Shown here one piece after another: positions 9,453 through 18,599 of a stretch of 64,000 nt of DNA. Position numbers and translations under genes: made by a program. Location of the stretch: positions 72,458 to 136,457 of the forward strand of contig CAZWHC010000010.1 of the NCBI GenBank assembly GCA_964633505.1. The letters are read 5' to 3'. The notes beneath the pieces were generated by a model. It was given only the letters and a program-made list of their open reading frames with translations. It made no database searches and was not told the origin of the DNA. Numbering within the stretch: the stretch's first letter is position 1; every line of letters starts with the position of its first letter. The stretch comes from an uncultured Rikenellaceae bacterium. GTDB taxonomy: Bacteria > Bacteroidota > Bacteroidia > Bacteroidales > VadinHA17.

Positions 9453-10919
9453 TTAAATATAATAACTCTCCCATCCTTTGCGAGGAGGCCTGTCGGTCAG
9501 CATTGAATTTGCAAATTTATCATTTACAATTTCCTTTGTTTCGCGATTGAAAACCAGTTTCTTATTCCTGCGCAGGGCGATAATGCCCAGTGAGAATATC
9601 TGTGCCAGGGGTGCGAATGTCTGAAATGGAGATCTCGACTTTTCCTGTCCAAGACAGGATTTAAGGAAATTTTCATAATGGTTCGACGGGCTTTCCGGGT
9701 ATTTGGGAAGCCTGGGGGCCATCTCCTTCGCTTTTTCAGCAGGAATTATAACAAGCGGTGCAGAGTGCGTGCCTCCCTTGAATGTAAGTTCCTTACTATA
9801 AATGATCTTACCGGCGCCCGGCATTTTCTGCTGGGCGGGTTTCTGCTGCGGCACACCTCCCGGAGGCGGTATTGTATTGTCAACTGTGGCGTCAACAGAA
9901 AAATAACCCTCAGGTACAGGTGGAATATTCTTAACACCGTCGTACCAGGTTATATCGACCGGAGGCATATCTCCCCTGCTTGGAAACCGGAATTTAATTG
10001 TTGATTCAAGCGGGAAGAAATAGTCGTTGAGGTTTACAACATGAACCGGTTCAATCTCGTATGGCAGCCCAAGATCAAGAAACTCATGTATGGTGTCGAG
10101 GATATGAGCACCCCAGTCGCCAAGAGCACCCAGTCCGAAATCGTACCATCCGCGCCAGTTGCCCGGGTGATATTTTTCATTGAAGTCGTGGTATGCAGCT
10201 GTTGTAAGCCATGTATCCCAGTCCTTGTCAGTCATGCCTTTTGGAAGAGGCTGGGCTTCAGGATATTTAATAATATTCGGATCGTAAGGGTGCCATCTGC
10301 GGCCACCATTCATAAATGCCGTAACAGAAGTGACATCTTTAATGATCCCTGCTTCCTTCCATGCCTTGAATTGAAAATAGTTCTCACCCGAATGGCCCTG
10401 ATTACCTACCTGGGTCACAATCTTCGGATTTTTAAGAGCCATCTGAGCCATTAATTCTGCCTCCAAATAAGTCCTGGCCATAGGTTTTTCCACATAAACA
10501 CTCTTACCGAGCTGCATAGCTGCCATGCAAACAGGGAAATGTGCAAAATCGGGTATTGCAACCTGTACGGCATCAATGTCTCCTGCCATAGTGTCGAACA
10601 TGACTCTGAAATCCCTGAACTGTTTTGCCTTGGGAGCCAGCTTGATTGTCTCCTGCGAACCCTGCGAATCAAGGTCTACATCGCAGACAGCCACTATGTT
10701 GGCCAGGCCAGAATTAATAAACTGTCTGGCGTCGGAAGCTCCCTGATTGGCAATGCCTATCAGGGCCAGATTAACCTTTCCTGACGGCCCTCTTGAAATG
10801 CCGGCTGAAGATTGTGCATTTTCAGGAACGCCTGCCGAAACCTTATTGCCGATGATGGCTCCGGTTGTAGCCAGGCCGGCTGTTCTTAAAAAGTCGAGTC
10901 GTGTAACCTTATGTGCCAT
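9453..10919 (-). CDS. Gfo/Idh/MocA family oxidoreductase, exported (degenerate Tat-like signal)
   Basis: 488 aa. N-terminus MAHKVTRLDFLRTAGLATTGA; Rossmann segment VNLALIGIANQGASDARQF...IVAVCDVD; EKP motif (VYVEKPMA). Confidence 0.8.
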   Translation of the reverse strand: MAHKVTRLDFLRTAGLATTGAIIGNKVSAGVPENAQSSAGISRGPSGKVNLALIGIANQGASDARQFINSGLANIVAVCDVDLDSQGSQETIKLAPKAKQFRDFRVMFDTMAGDIDAVQVAIPDFAHFPVCMAAMQLGKSVYVEKPMARTYLEAELMAQMALKNPKIVTQVGNQGHSGENYFQFKAWKEAGIIKDVTSVTAFMNGGRRWHPYDPNIIKYPEAQPLPKGMTDKDWDTWLTTAAYHDFNEKYHPGNWRGWYDFGLGALGDWGAHILDTIHEFLDLGLPYEIEPVHVVNLNDYFFPLESTIKFRFPSRGDMPPVDITWYDGVKNIPPVPEGYFSVDATVDNTIPPPGGVPQQKPAQQKMPGAGKIIYSKELTFKGGTHSAPLVIIPAEKAKEMAPRLPKYPESPSNHYENFLKSCLGQEKSRSPFQTFAPLAQIFSLGIIALRRNKKLVFNRETKEIVNDKFANSMLTDRPPRKGWESYYI

Positions 10920-11001
10920 GGTTTCTGAATATTAATATTATTAGATTCTAAAGTTAATAGAAATAGGATGACAATAAACCTTTAAAACGGAAATAAATAC
11001 T

Positions 11002-12063
11002 CTAGTATAAGGCTGCAAATTCGTCAGCCAGCATATTTATTTCATCATCTGTCATATGCGATCCAGATGAAATTATGGTTCTGTACCTGAAAGTCACAGA
11101 TTTATTTGCAGGTATTGAAAAATTTATTGTTTCCTTTCCGTTCGTGAAGTCCTTTGCACCCAGCGGATTTGCAGAGAATAATCCATAACCACGTGCATGC
11201 CAGAATGTTGGATATGAGGGATTAAGGGGATGATCACATATCACGATGGATATCTTTTCATTGCCTATCGTTCCGTAAAGGTCCATCCACCTGGCGCGTG
11301 TCCCCCAGACAGCCTCACCGGTAATACCAGTGCTGCTCCTGTAATTGCCCGTAACTCCTCTGTTTTCCATTGCTTTCTCATTACCCGGTTTTCCGTTTGC
11401 ATCAAGCAAAACGACATTTTCTTTCGAAGGTAATTCAAGTTGCCTTGCTACGCGTATCGCAAACATTCCTTCCTTAGTATCGGGCATACTGATATCCTGG
11501 TTTCCTGCGGTGAGGGTGGTAATCCTGTCGACAATCCAGTATTTGTTCGCACATGAAAACCTGTATTCCGTTAGCTCTTTCATCATTCCCTTCCCTGCCG
11601 GATCATCCCAGACAGCATTTATACGGAGATTCCCATCCTTAGTCCCGTCCTCAGCTTTTTCAATTCCCAGCAACCTGATGACGCCTCCATTTTCACTTTT
11701 TTTGCCTGTGGAGCCATTACCCCAGAAATCAAATCCGTTTACATTTCCATAGTTAAGCCACGAACCGACCTGGTGAATATGATCGTTCCTCTCCCCTGCT
11801 CTCGGATTCAATGGAAATCCTCTTGTGATCTCCGTGCCTGACAATGTTCTTATCGGATACAGAACAGGTTTGTAAACATTATCAGGCCAGCATAATGAAG
11901 TCACGTTTCTGCCTTCAATAATCACATCGACTTTCTTATCGGATTCATTTACAATAAACCTGATCCTGCCTTCTTCACCTGACTGACTTTTCACTGTTAA
12001 AGAATTAACAGATAAAATCATCATCAGGGCAAAGGATAGTCGCGGTAAAAGTTGTTTTTCCAT
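11002..12063 (-). CDS. PmoA-like / DUF6807 family protein (function unknown), secreted
   Basis: The track ORF extends to 12111 but overlaps the upstream gene. Met at 12063 (MEKQLLPRLSFALMMILSVNS...) gives a Sec signal. The motif ITRGFPLNPRAGERNDHIHQVGSWLNYGNVNGFDFWGN is shared with the paralog at 50817..51902. Confidence 0.6.
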   Translation of the reverse strand: MEKQLLPRLSFALMMILSVNSLTVKSQSGEEGRIRFIVNESDKKVDVIIEGRNVTSLCWPDNVYKPVLYPIRTLSGTEITRGFPLNPRAGERNDHIHQVGSWLNYGNVNGFDFWGNGSTGKKSENGGVIRLLGIEKAEDGTKDGNLRINAVWDDPAGKGMMKELTEYRFSCANKYWIVDRITTLTAGNQDISMPDTKEGMFAIRVARQLELPSKENVVLLDANGKPGNEKAMENRGVTGNYRSSTGITGEAVWGTRARWMDLYGTIGNEKISIVICDHPLNPSYPTFWHARGYGLFSANPLGAKDFTNGKETINFSIPANKSVTFRYRTIISSGSHMTDDEINMLADEFAALY

Positions 12064-12073
12064 TTGAAGGTCT

Positions 12074-13126
12074 TTATATGCTGTAAGCATTAACTTTAAT
12101 ATCTGCCTCAATTTCCGCCTCCTTCAATACACTTTTTACAAGAACCGGGGCTCCTTCCAGTTTCTTACTTTCCGATGCCGCCTGCATAAATGCAAAAATC
12201 TCAGTTGTCTCTTCAGCTGACACAGGGGGTGTACCCGATTGAAAGAATTTTATTATTTCGGCAAGTAAAGCGTTATATCCGCTGTATTTTCCAAGGGTTA
12301 TTATTCCTTTTTCTCCGAAGACGATCCCTCCGTAGTCGGACTTACCTTTTCGTATTCCTCTGAAAGTTCCGATCCGGTTGCCGGTCCAGAGTCCTGTAAC
12401 CTGATCCCAGTCATCCGTAAAGGTTCCTGAAACGCTAAGGCAGCCTGTACCCATCACAGTGAAAAGAGTCTCAACCCCATGAATACCGTACCAGAACAGG
12501 TCGGGATGGGTTTTCTCGAGGGTTGCAGGGCTATAGGTGTCAGCGCCCAGAACCTGACCTATAGATCCTAAGGCCACCTCATCTGCTCCCGGAATATATC
12601 TCAGGGAAGACGCTGAGAATACAGCCACATTAAACTTTGCAGACAGTTTGTAAATTGCTATTGCATCGGCAAGAGATGCTGCCACAGGTTTGTCAATGAA
12701 CATTGTTTTGCCTGCCTTCATAACCTGAACTGCCTGATCAAGATGGAGCCTTCCATCGTTGGTTTCGAGAAGAATGAAATCGGTTCTTTTCAGAAGCTCA
12801 TCAATGGAGCTCACTATTTCGACTCCTGATTTTTTTACTTCTTCAATATAGCCAGGGATCCTGTCGACACTCGATTTGATGTCGTTACTGCCTTTTGGAT
12901 AAGCGGCTGTCACCCTGTATCCTGCAAATTCAGGTCCTGCTGACGGATCATTAAGGGCTTTTGCAAATGCTGTGGCATGGGAGGTATCCAGACCAATGAT
13001 CCCTACTCTTTTACCAGGCTGTTCCCTTTTCTGATAAACGCTCCCTGACGCTTTTCCGGCTAAACCAATTCCGACTACTCCGGCAGAGGCTGTTTTAATA
13101 AAATCACGTCTTTTAATCTGGCTCAT
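12074..13126 (-). CDS. Gfo/Idh/MocA family oxidoreductase with twin-arginine signal
   Basis: 350 aa. It has a Tat motif (KRRDFIKTASAGVVG) and a Rossmann segment RVGIIGLDTSHATAFAKAL. Confidence 0.75.
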   Translation of the reverse strand: MSQIKRRDFIKTASAGVVGIGLAGKASGSVYQKREQPGKRVGIIGLDTSHATAFAKALNDPSAGPEFAGYRVTAAYPKGSNDIKSSVDRIPGYIEEVKKSGVEIVSSIDELLKRTDFILLETNDGRLHLDQAVQVMKAGKTMFIDKPVAASLADAIAIYKLSAKFNVAVFSASSLRYIPGADEVALGSIGQVLGADTYSPATLEKTHPDLFWYGIHGVETLFTVMGTGCLSVSGTFTDDWDQVTGLWTGNRIGTFRGIRKGKSDYGGIVFGEKGIITLGKYSGYNALLAEIIKFFQSGTPPVSAEETTEIFAFMQAASESKKLEGAPVLVKSVLKEAEIEADIKVNAYSI

Positions 13127-13169
13127 ATATTATCTGTTTTAAAGGATTATATCAATCTGATTTTACTGG

Positions 13170-15383
13170 TCAATTTTTCCCGGTTAAGAGCCCATTAACA
13201 GCTTCATCGGAGTTTTCAGGCAATATAACAAGCTTATCGCCGGCCTTTTCCAGGTTGTAACTTCTACGGATTATTTCTACTGCTTCGTTTATCCTGTCAA
13301 TATCATCCGTTTTTCCGTCGCCGTCTCTTATTCCTGCAATTATAAGCTGTGCAGGGGCAAGAGAAGCAGCCAGATCAGGCAGATCATAACTTTTAACTGA
13401 GCCGGGAACAGCCGACGGGATATAGCTGTGATTGTAAAATTGGTTCATGACTATTGATCTGTACGAGCAATATGGATTAATGAGAATTAACGAGTTGAAC
13501 GATTTTGTAAACGCTGCTGTGTGAAGCAATACAGGAGTCATTTCGCCCCTTGCAAATCCATCGATGACAGCTTCCCTGTTTCTGTTTTTAAGCAAAATAA
13601 GAAGCCTGGTCACATCGCCTGCCTGAATACCTGTTATACTTCTGCCTATCAGCATCGATGCATACCATAAGTTATGCGATACACCGTCAAAATAAGCATC
13701 TCCTCTGAAATTATCGGATCGCAGTTCGCCTGTTCCCGGCAGATCGGGAGCAATAACTGTATAACCTTCTTTTACGTACATTTCAATTTCTCCTCCCTGT
13801 GAGGCTTCCTTCGATTTACCTGACGGATGCAGGTAGATCATATATCGTTTCCCTTCATTTTCAGGCTTAAACAACAGACAGGGAATCACATAATCGCCTT
13901 CTCCCCTGACGAAATACTTCTCCACCACATATCCATCCCTGACTATCCTCCCTGTCAGAACAGGATCTTCACATGCGACAGGCTCTATATAGCCTGAAAG
14001 TCTTTTTGCCGAGTTAATTGCCGTTATCCTGAATTCATAAGGTGTTTCCCTATGTTTTCTCAGTATTATTTCCTCCTTTTCAGATATTTCCCTGTTTAGA
14101 AGGAAAATAGTTCTCGAATTAAATGAGGTCGAGATCTGACCTGTAGAAGTTACTTTCATTTCTTCTGCGGAAGGGAGTTGAATTTCTTTATCTGACATAT
14201 CGCAGGGATTGGCCAGATGTTTGCTGAAAAAAGCATACATTGCTTCCCTGTTCTTCTTTGTCGAAGCATGACCGGCGTCATCCTCAATCCTTTTAAAATT
14301 TTCACTCTTTTCAAATACGCTGTAAATCTTAGAAACTTCTTTTTCAGTTTCGATTGCTCCCTGAATACTGAACATATCTGAAGAGGTGGTAATCATCAGC
14401 ATTGGTCTGGGCGCCCTGACAATTAGAAAGTCAGGATGATCAAGTCCACTAGAGATCAGGTTGAAAAGATTCTGTTCAGCGTCCTGTGGCCCGATTGTCT
14501 GAAGCAACCTGGTATAATTTGTAATGTAGTTCTCAGGCGCAGCAGCATAAATACGGTCATCATATGCTGCAATATATGCTGACTGGGTTCCTCCTCCCGA
14601 CCTGCCGGTAATTCCAATTCGCAGGGGATCAACCTCTTTTCTTGAGATCAGGTAATCGATCGCCCTTATCCCGTCCCAGATCATATGATATGCCTGTGAA
14701 CTTCCTGAAATAAATGCCTGTGCGCCCGGATATGAATGCTCGTTTGTGGGTCCTCCAGCTTTTGACTTACCGGTTTGCGGATCAAAATATTCAAGACGTT
14801 CCCCCTGTCCGACCGGATCGAAGGCAAATACTATAAATCCCTTGCTGACAAGGTTCAGGATCACATGCATATACACATTGCTCCTGTATCCATCTTCGGA
14901 ATGACCACTGCAGTAAATGATTGCCGGTGCTTTGGCTCCCTTTTTGATCCCCGATGGAACAAAAAGCGATGAAGTCACGTAAAAGCCGGGTTGAGATTCA
15001 AAAACAATATGTTCAATCCAGTAATCCTTTTTATCAATCACCCGTAGTATCGTGGCATTCAAAGGGGTCTTTTCAGGAAAAGGACCAATTATATCATCAA
15101 GAGTTTTTCTTATGAAAGCCTGCCTTTCAATCCATCTCTCCTTTGTGTTTATTGAAGAAACCTCATCCGCTCTTTTTTTAAGCAAATCGAATGCCTGCCG
15201 TGCAAGATGGTTATAAAGAAAATCCGGGGCATTATTAAAGATAAGCCATTTGCCCCGGATTACATTAAGGTCATCCTGTGAAAATGCAATATTGCAATTA
15301 AGCATCACCTGCAAAAACAGAAGAATAATGATTCTCACCGCTGATTTGCAGATACTGCAGAAACCGGGATTACAAGCTCCCAT
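13170..15383 (-). CDS. two-domain alpha/beta-hydrolase (acetyl-xylan-esterase/dienelactone-hydrolase-like)
   Basis: 737 aa. It has a nucleophile-elbow motif GITGRSGGG and a second alpha/beta-like C-terminal half (YMIYLHPSGKSKE...VIAPDLPGTGE). Confidence 0.6.
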   Translation of the reverse strand: MGACNPGFCSICKSAVRIIILLFLQVMLNCNIAFSQDDLNVIRGKWLIFNNAPDFLYNHLARQAFDLLKKRADEVSSINTKERWIERQAFIRKTLDDIIGPFPEKTPLNATILRVIDKKDYWIEHIVFESQPGFYVTSSLFVPSGIKKGAKAPAIIYCSGHSEDGYRSNVYMHVILNLVSKGFIVFAFDPVGQGERLEYFDPQTGKSKAGGPTNEHSYPGAQAFISGSSQAYHMIWDGIRAIDYLISRKEVDPLRIGITGRSGGGTQSAYIAAYDDRIYAAAPENYITNYTRLLQTIGPQDAEQNLFNLISSGLDHPDFLIVRAPRPMLMITTSSDMFSIQGAIETEKEVSKIYSVFEKSENFKRIEDDAGHASTKKNREAMYAFFSKHLANPCDMSDKEIQLPSAEEMKVTSTGQISTSFNSRTIFLLNREISEKEEIILRKHRETPYEFRITAINSAKRLSGYIEPVACEDPVLTGRIVRDGYVVEKYFVRGEGDYVIPCLLFKPENEGKRYMIYLHPSGKSKEASQGGEIEMYVKEGYTVIAPDLPGTGELRSDNFRGDAYFDGVSHNLWYASMLIGRSITGIQAGDVTRLLILLKNRNREAVIDGFARGEMTPVLLHTAAFTKSFNSLILINPYCSYRSIVMNQFYNHSYIPSAVPGSVKSYDLPDLAASLAPAQLIIAGIRDGDGKTDDIDRINEAVEIIRRSYNLEKAGDKLVILPENSDEAVNGLLTGKN

Positions 15384-15423
15384 GATTCCTATTTTAGTAT
15401 GGCAACAAAAAAAATTAAAATAT

Positions 15424-16794
15424 TCAGACCTTATCCGGGATTATGAAAGGTTTACGGTATTCCCTGGTAAGGAGTGCATCAGCCTCCCTGTCATTAACAA
15501 ATTTCTCCTTCGCACCGTCGAAAGTAAGCTGTCTTCCGAGGAGGTATGATATATTTGCAATAAGTGGCAGCGACGATGACATATGTCCTTCACTTATCTG
15601 GCAATTCAGGGTTTCGTCTTTACCTGAACGAATTGCATCAAGGAAATTTGCAAAATGTTCAGTTCCGCCGGGAGCAGCAAGGAATGTAGGATCAGCCGGT
15701 TTTCCCTCACTGGTTTTTGATCCTGCAAATGGTTCTTTTTCCCTTTTCCTGAATGCTTTCCATGTATCGCCATCGAGTTCAAGGTAACCTTCGGTTCCGT
15801 AAAATATATTTCCTATCCTTATTCCCAGGCTAGATTCATCATTTGTATATCTTCCCCTGGTCTCAAACTCGAGTATCTTGCCATCCCTGTACTTAAACAA
15901 TGATGTCTGGGTATTTGGAGTCTCCTGTGCACATTCTGCAGGATCAATGCCATAAATACCTCCCATGGAATAAACTGTTACCGGGTGCTCATTCTTGTTG
16001 AGTCCCCAGCGGGCGATATCGAACTGGTGGGGACCCTGGTTCCCTGTGTCACCGTTTCCTGTAGCCCAGAACCAGTGCCAGTTGTAATGAACTCTTTTCT
16101 CATTGTACGGGCGGTTTGGCGCCGGACCCAGCCACATATCATAATGAAGTGATGCAGGAGCAGTGCCATCGGGTGCAATACCAAATGAATCACGGGGCTT
16201 GTAGCACAACCCCTTGGCCATAAACACATCCCCGATTCCACCTGTGTGAAGAAACTTCATTGCTTCAATGACATTCGGTATGGATCTGTTCTGACATCCT
16301 GTCTGGACACGTACATTATACTTTGCAGCAGCTTCAGCCATTTTTCTTCCTTCCCACAGATTATGGCTTGCAGGCTTTTCGGCATATACGTGTTTGCCTG
16401 CCTGACAGGCCCATATAGCACTCAAAGCATGCCAGTGGTTCGGCAGTCCGAATGATACAGCGTCAATTTCCTTATCATCAAATACCTTGCGCATATCCCA
16501 TTCAGTCAGTGGGGTCTCACCTGATTTGTCCTGGACCAGTTTTACCGCCGGACCAAAAAACTGTTCATCAGCATCGCAGATCGTCCGGATCCTGACATTA
16601 CGGTTATCCTTAAGGACGCTCCAGCTGTTTATATGGTCCCTGCCGCGGCTGCGGACGCCGACAACAGCCATGTTGATCCTGTCATTTGAGCCTATCACGG
16701 AAGAATAAGCTTTGGGACTTAATCCCATCCCGCCGATTGTAAAACCTGCTGCTCCGAGGGCAGTGGTCTTTATGAAGTTTCGTCTGTTGGTCAT
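15424..16794 (-). CDS. Gfo/Idh/MocA family oxidoreductase with twin-arginine signal
   Basis: 456 aa. It has a Tat motif (NRRNFIKTTALGAAG), a Rossmann segment INMAVVGVRSRGRDH...ICDADE and an EKP motif (VYAEKPAS). Confidence 0.8.
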   Translation of the reverse strand: MTNRRNFIKTTALGAAGFTIGGMGLSPKAYSSVIGSNDRINMAVVGVRSRGRDHINSWSVLKDNRNVRIRTICDADEQFFGPAVKLVQDKSGETPLTEWDMRKVFDDKEIDAVSFGLPNHWHALSAIWACQAGKHVYAEKPASHNLWEGRKMAEAAAKYNVRVQTGCQNRSIPNVIEAMKFLHTGGIGDVFMAKGLCYKPRDSFGIAPDGTAPASLHYDMWLGPAPNRPYNEKRVHYNWHWFWATGNGDTGNQGPHQFDIARWGLNKNEHPVTVYSMGGIYGIDPAECAQETPNTQTSLFKYRDGKILEFETRGRYTNDESSLGIRIGNIFYGTEGYLELDGDTWKAFRKREKEPFAGSKTSEGKPADPTFLAAPGGTEHFANFLDAIRSGKDETLNCQISEGHMSSSLPLIANISYLLGRQLTFDGAKEKFVNDREADALLTREYRKPFIIPDKV

Positions 16795-16831
16795 TGGTGT
16801 TTATGTTTAAGTTAATAATTTTTGTTAGGAT

Positions 16832-16939
16832 GTTGCTGGTTGCTTGTTGCTGGTTGCTTGTTGCTGGTTGCTGGTTGCTTGTTGCTGGTTGCTGGTTGCT
16901 GGTTGCTGGTTGCTGGTTGCTGGTTGCTGGTTGCTGGTT
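16832..16939. repeat. heptanucleotide tandem repeat: 15 units (12x GTTGCTG, 3x GTTGCTT) plus a partial unit; the minus-strand transcript reads (CAGCAAC)n, i.e. CAACCAG phase
   Basis: Counted unit by unit from the sequence. It fills the spacer between two co-directional minus-strand genes, and its right end overlaps the stop codon (TTA 16938-16940) of 16938..17819. Confidence 0.95.
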
Positions 16940-17819
16940 AGTAATTTAAGCTGATCATGGTTTTGAAGATGCTTAGTTGTTCCTTCATTGCTGCAACACG
17001 GTCGGCCGGTTCAGTTCGTGCTTCAAGCAAAATCCAGCCGTCAAAGCCGATTCCTCTGAACAGTTTAAAAAGCTCCCTGTACGGATAATTTCCTTCATTA
17101 AGCTCGCGGACATGAACTGTATCTCCGAACCATCGTTTCAGCATGTTGAAATTAGCCTCAAGTCCGGGAGGGAGAAGATCCTGGTCATTGCAGTTCCAGC
17201 AAACTTTTACATCCGGTTCCGTGACATGATCGAAAATGGCTTTCATATTAGGGATTTCCTGTGTCAGGTTGCCGTGTACCTCAACCCTCACAAGCTGGTT
17301 ATAGTCACGGGCAAACCTGCCAATTTCATTAAGGGAGGCGCCAATCTGTGTGATAGTCTTTTCCCGCGGGACGTCAGCCGGAAGATCATTTGGTTTTACC
17401 TTTATACCGGTAGCGCCGATATCATGGCAGAGAATAATATATTCCTTTGTCTTTTCTATATTATCGCGGAGTATTTTCGGATCCGGACTGTGGTATTCAA
17501 AGTTGGATCCGTAGCCAAGACATTTCACTTTGCTGTCGGCAAATCGTTTTTTCACCTCCGACCGTTGTGCAGGTGTAAGGTTCGATTCAACCTTATGGGC
17601 ATGCTCTGTCCTCAATTCCAGTCCTTCATAACCGGCTTTCTCACAATTCGCTATAAGGGTGGGGAGATCCCAGTCCCTTCCCCACTGGTAGGTTACCAGG
17701 CCAAACCTCATTGAAGATCCGGCTGAAACCGGCAGTTCCGGAAAGTACCTGAGGGCAGCCGCCCCCATGCCGGCAGTGGCTGCCCGGCGCAGAAATCCGC
17801 GTCGTGTTATCCTTTGCAT
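16938..17819 (-). CDS. sugar phosphate isomerase/epimerase (xylose-isomerase-like TIM barrel) with twin-arginine signal
   Basis: 293 aa. It has a Tat motif (TRRGFLRRAATAGMG). Segments such as GYEGLELRTEH and VRVEVHGN are typical of the AP_endonuc_2 TIM-barrel family. Confidence 0.7.
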   Translation of the reverse strand: MQRITRRGFLRRAATAGMGAAALRYFPELPVSAGSSMRFGLVTYQWGRDWDLPTLIANCEKAGYEGLELRTEHAHKVESNLTPAQRSEVKKRFADSKVKCLGYGSNFEYHSPDPKILRDNIEKTKEYIILCHDIGATGIKVKPNDLPADVPREKTITQIGASLNEIGRFARDYNQLVRVEVHGNLTQEIPNMKAIFDHVTEPDVKVCWNCNDQDLLPPGLEANFNMLKRWFGDTVHVRELNEGNYPYRELFKLFRGIGFDGWILLEARTEPADRVAAMKEQLSIFKTMISLNY

Positions 17820-17837
17820 ATTCCGCAGTTTTTATAT

Positions 17838-18599
17838 TTATTCAATTGCTTTCATCCATGCTTTTGCCATCAGCTGCGCACCGGCGAGAGAAGGATGAAC
17901 ACCATCGCCTGTCCAGTATGCCCCGGGAGCTTTTTTCTGAGCCTCATCGTAGATTTTCTGATATGGAATAAAGACGGCTCCGAACTGTTTTGCAATATCC
18001 CTTGCAGCTTTCTGATACTCATAGAACTCAGGATACCATTTATCATCAACGGCTTTAACTCCCTTAACTGCAAATGGTTCACAGATTACCAGCTTAACAT
18101 CAGGAAGGGCTTTTAAGGTACGTTCAAGAAGGGCAATGTAATCTTTCCTGTATATATCAACCGTCCCGTCATAATTACCGTTAAGCTTATGCCATATATC
18201 ATTTACTCCTATTAAAATGCTGAGCACATCAGGTTTAAGCTCAAGACAGTCCTTGTCCCATCTTTCAGCCAGCTGAAATACCTTGTTCCCCGAAATACCC
18301 TTGTTATAAATCTTAAGGTTCATTTCAGCATATTTATTCAGGAGGGCTGCGCCTGCAAGCATTGGATAACCAGAACCAAGGTTACGGCTGGTATTAAATC
18401 CGGCATCTTCCTTATTCCTTCCCGAATCTGTAATGGAATCCCCCTGAAAAAGGATCACCTGATCTTTTGAAAGTTTGATCTCCTTAATTTTTTCCTTCGC
18501 CATAGAAGCAGAAAGGATCTCAGGAATGCTGATTGCTGCAATTGTACTTATTGCCGCCCTTTTTATAAAGCTACGGCGCGAATTCAAATTGTCTTTCAT
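17838..18599 (-). CDS. SGNH/GDSL hydrolase (esterase) with twin-arginine signal
   Basis: 253 aa. It has a Tat motif (SRRSFIKRAAIST), block I FQGDSITDSGR and C-terminal GDGVHPS. Its start overlaps the upstream gene by 4 nt. Confidence 0.8.
   Translation of the reverse strand: MKDNLNSRRSFIKRAAISTIAAISIPEILSASMAKEKIKEIKLSKDQVILFQGDSITDSGRNKEDAGFNTSRNLGSGYPMLAGAALLNKYAEMNLKIYNKGISGNKVFQLAERWDKDCLELKPDVLSILIGVNDIWHKLNGNYDGTVDIYRKDYIALLERTLKALPDVKLVICEPFAVKGVKAVDDKWYPEFYEYQKAARDIAKQFGAVFIPYQKIYDEAQKKAPGAYWTGDGVHPSLAGAQLMAKAWMKAIE

Noticed and set aside
16832-16939. Possible CRISPR array
   Set aside because: The repeat unit is only 7 nt with no spacers, and no cas genes are present. It is a simple tandem repeat, not CRISPR.
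16977-17714. 245-aa plus-strand ORF
   Set aside because: It is antisense to the Tat-signal TIM-barrel gene (16938..17819). It has no family resemblance, and its composition is typical of a shadow ORF.
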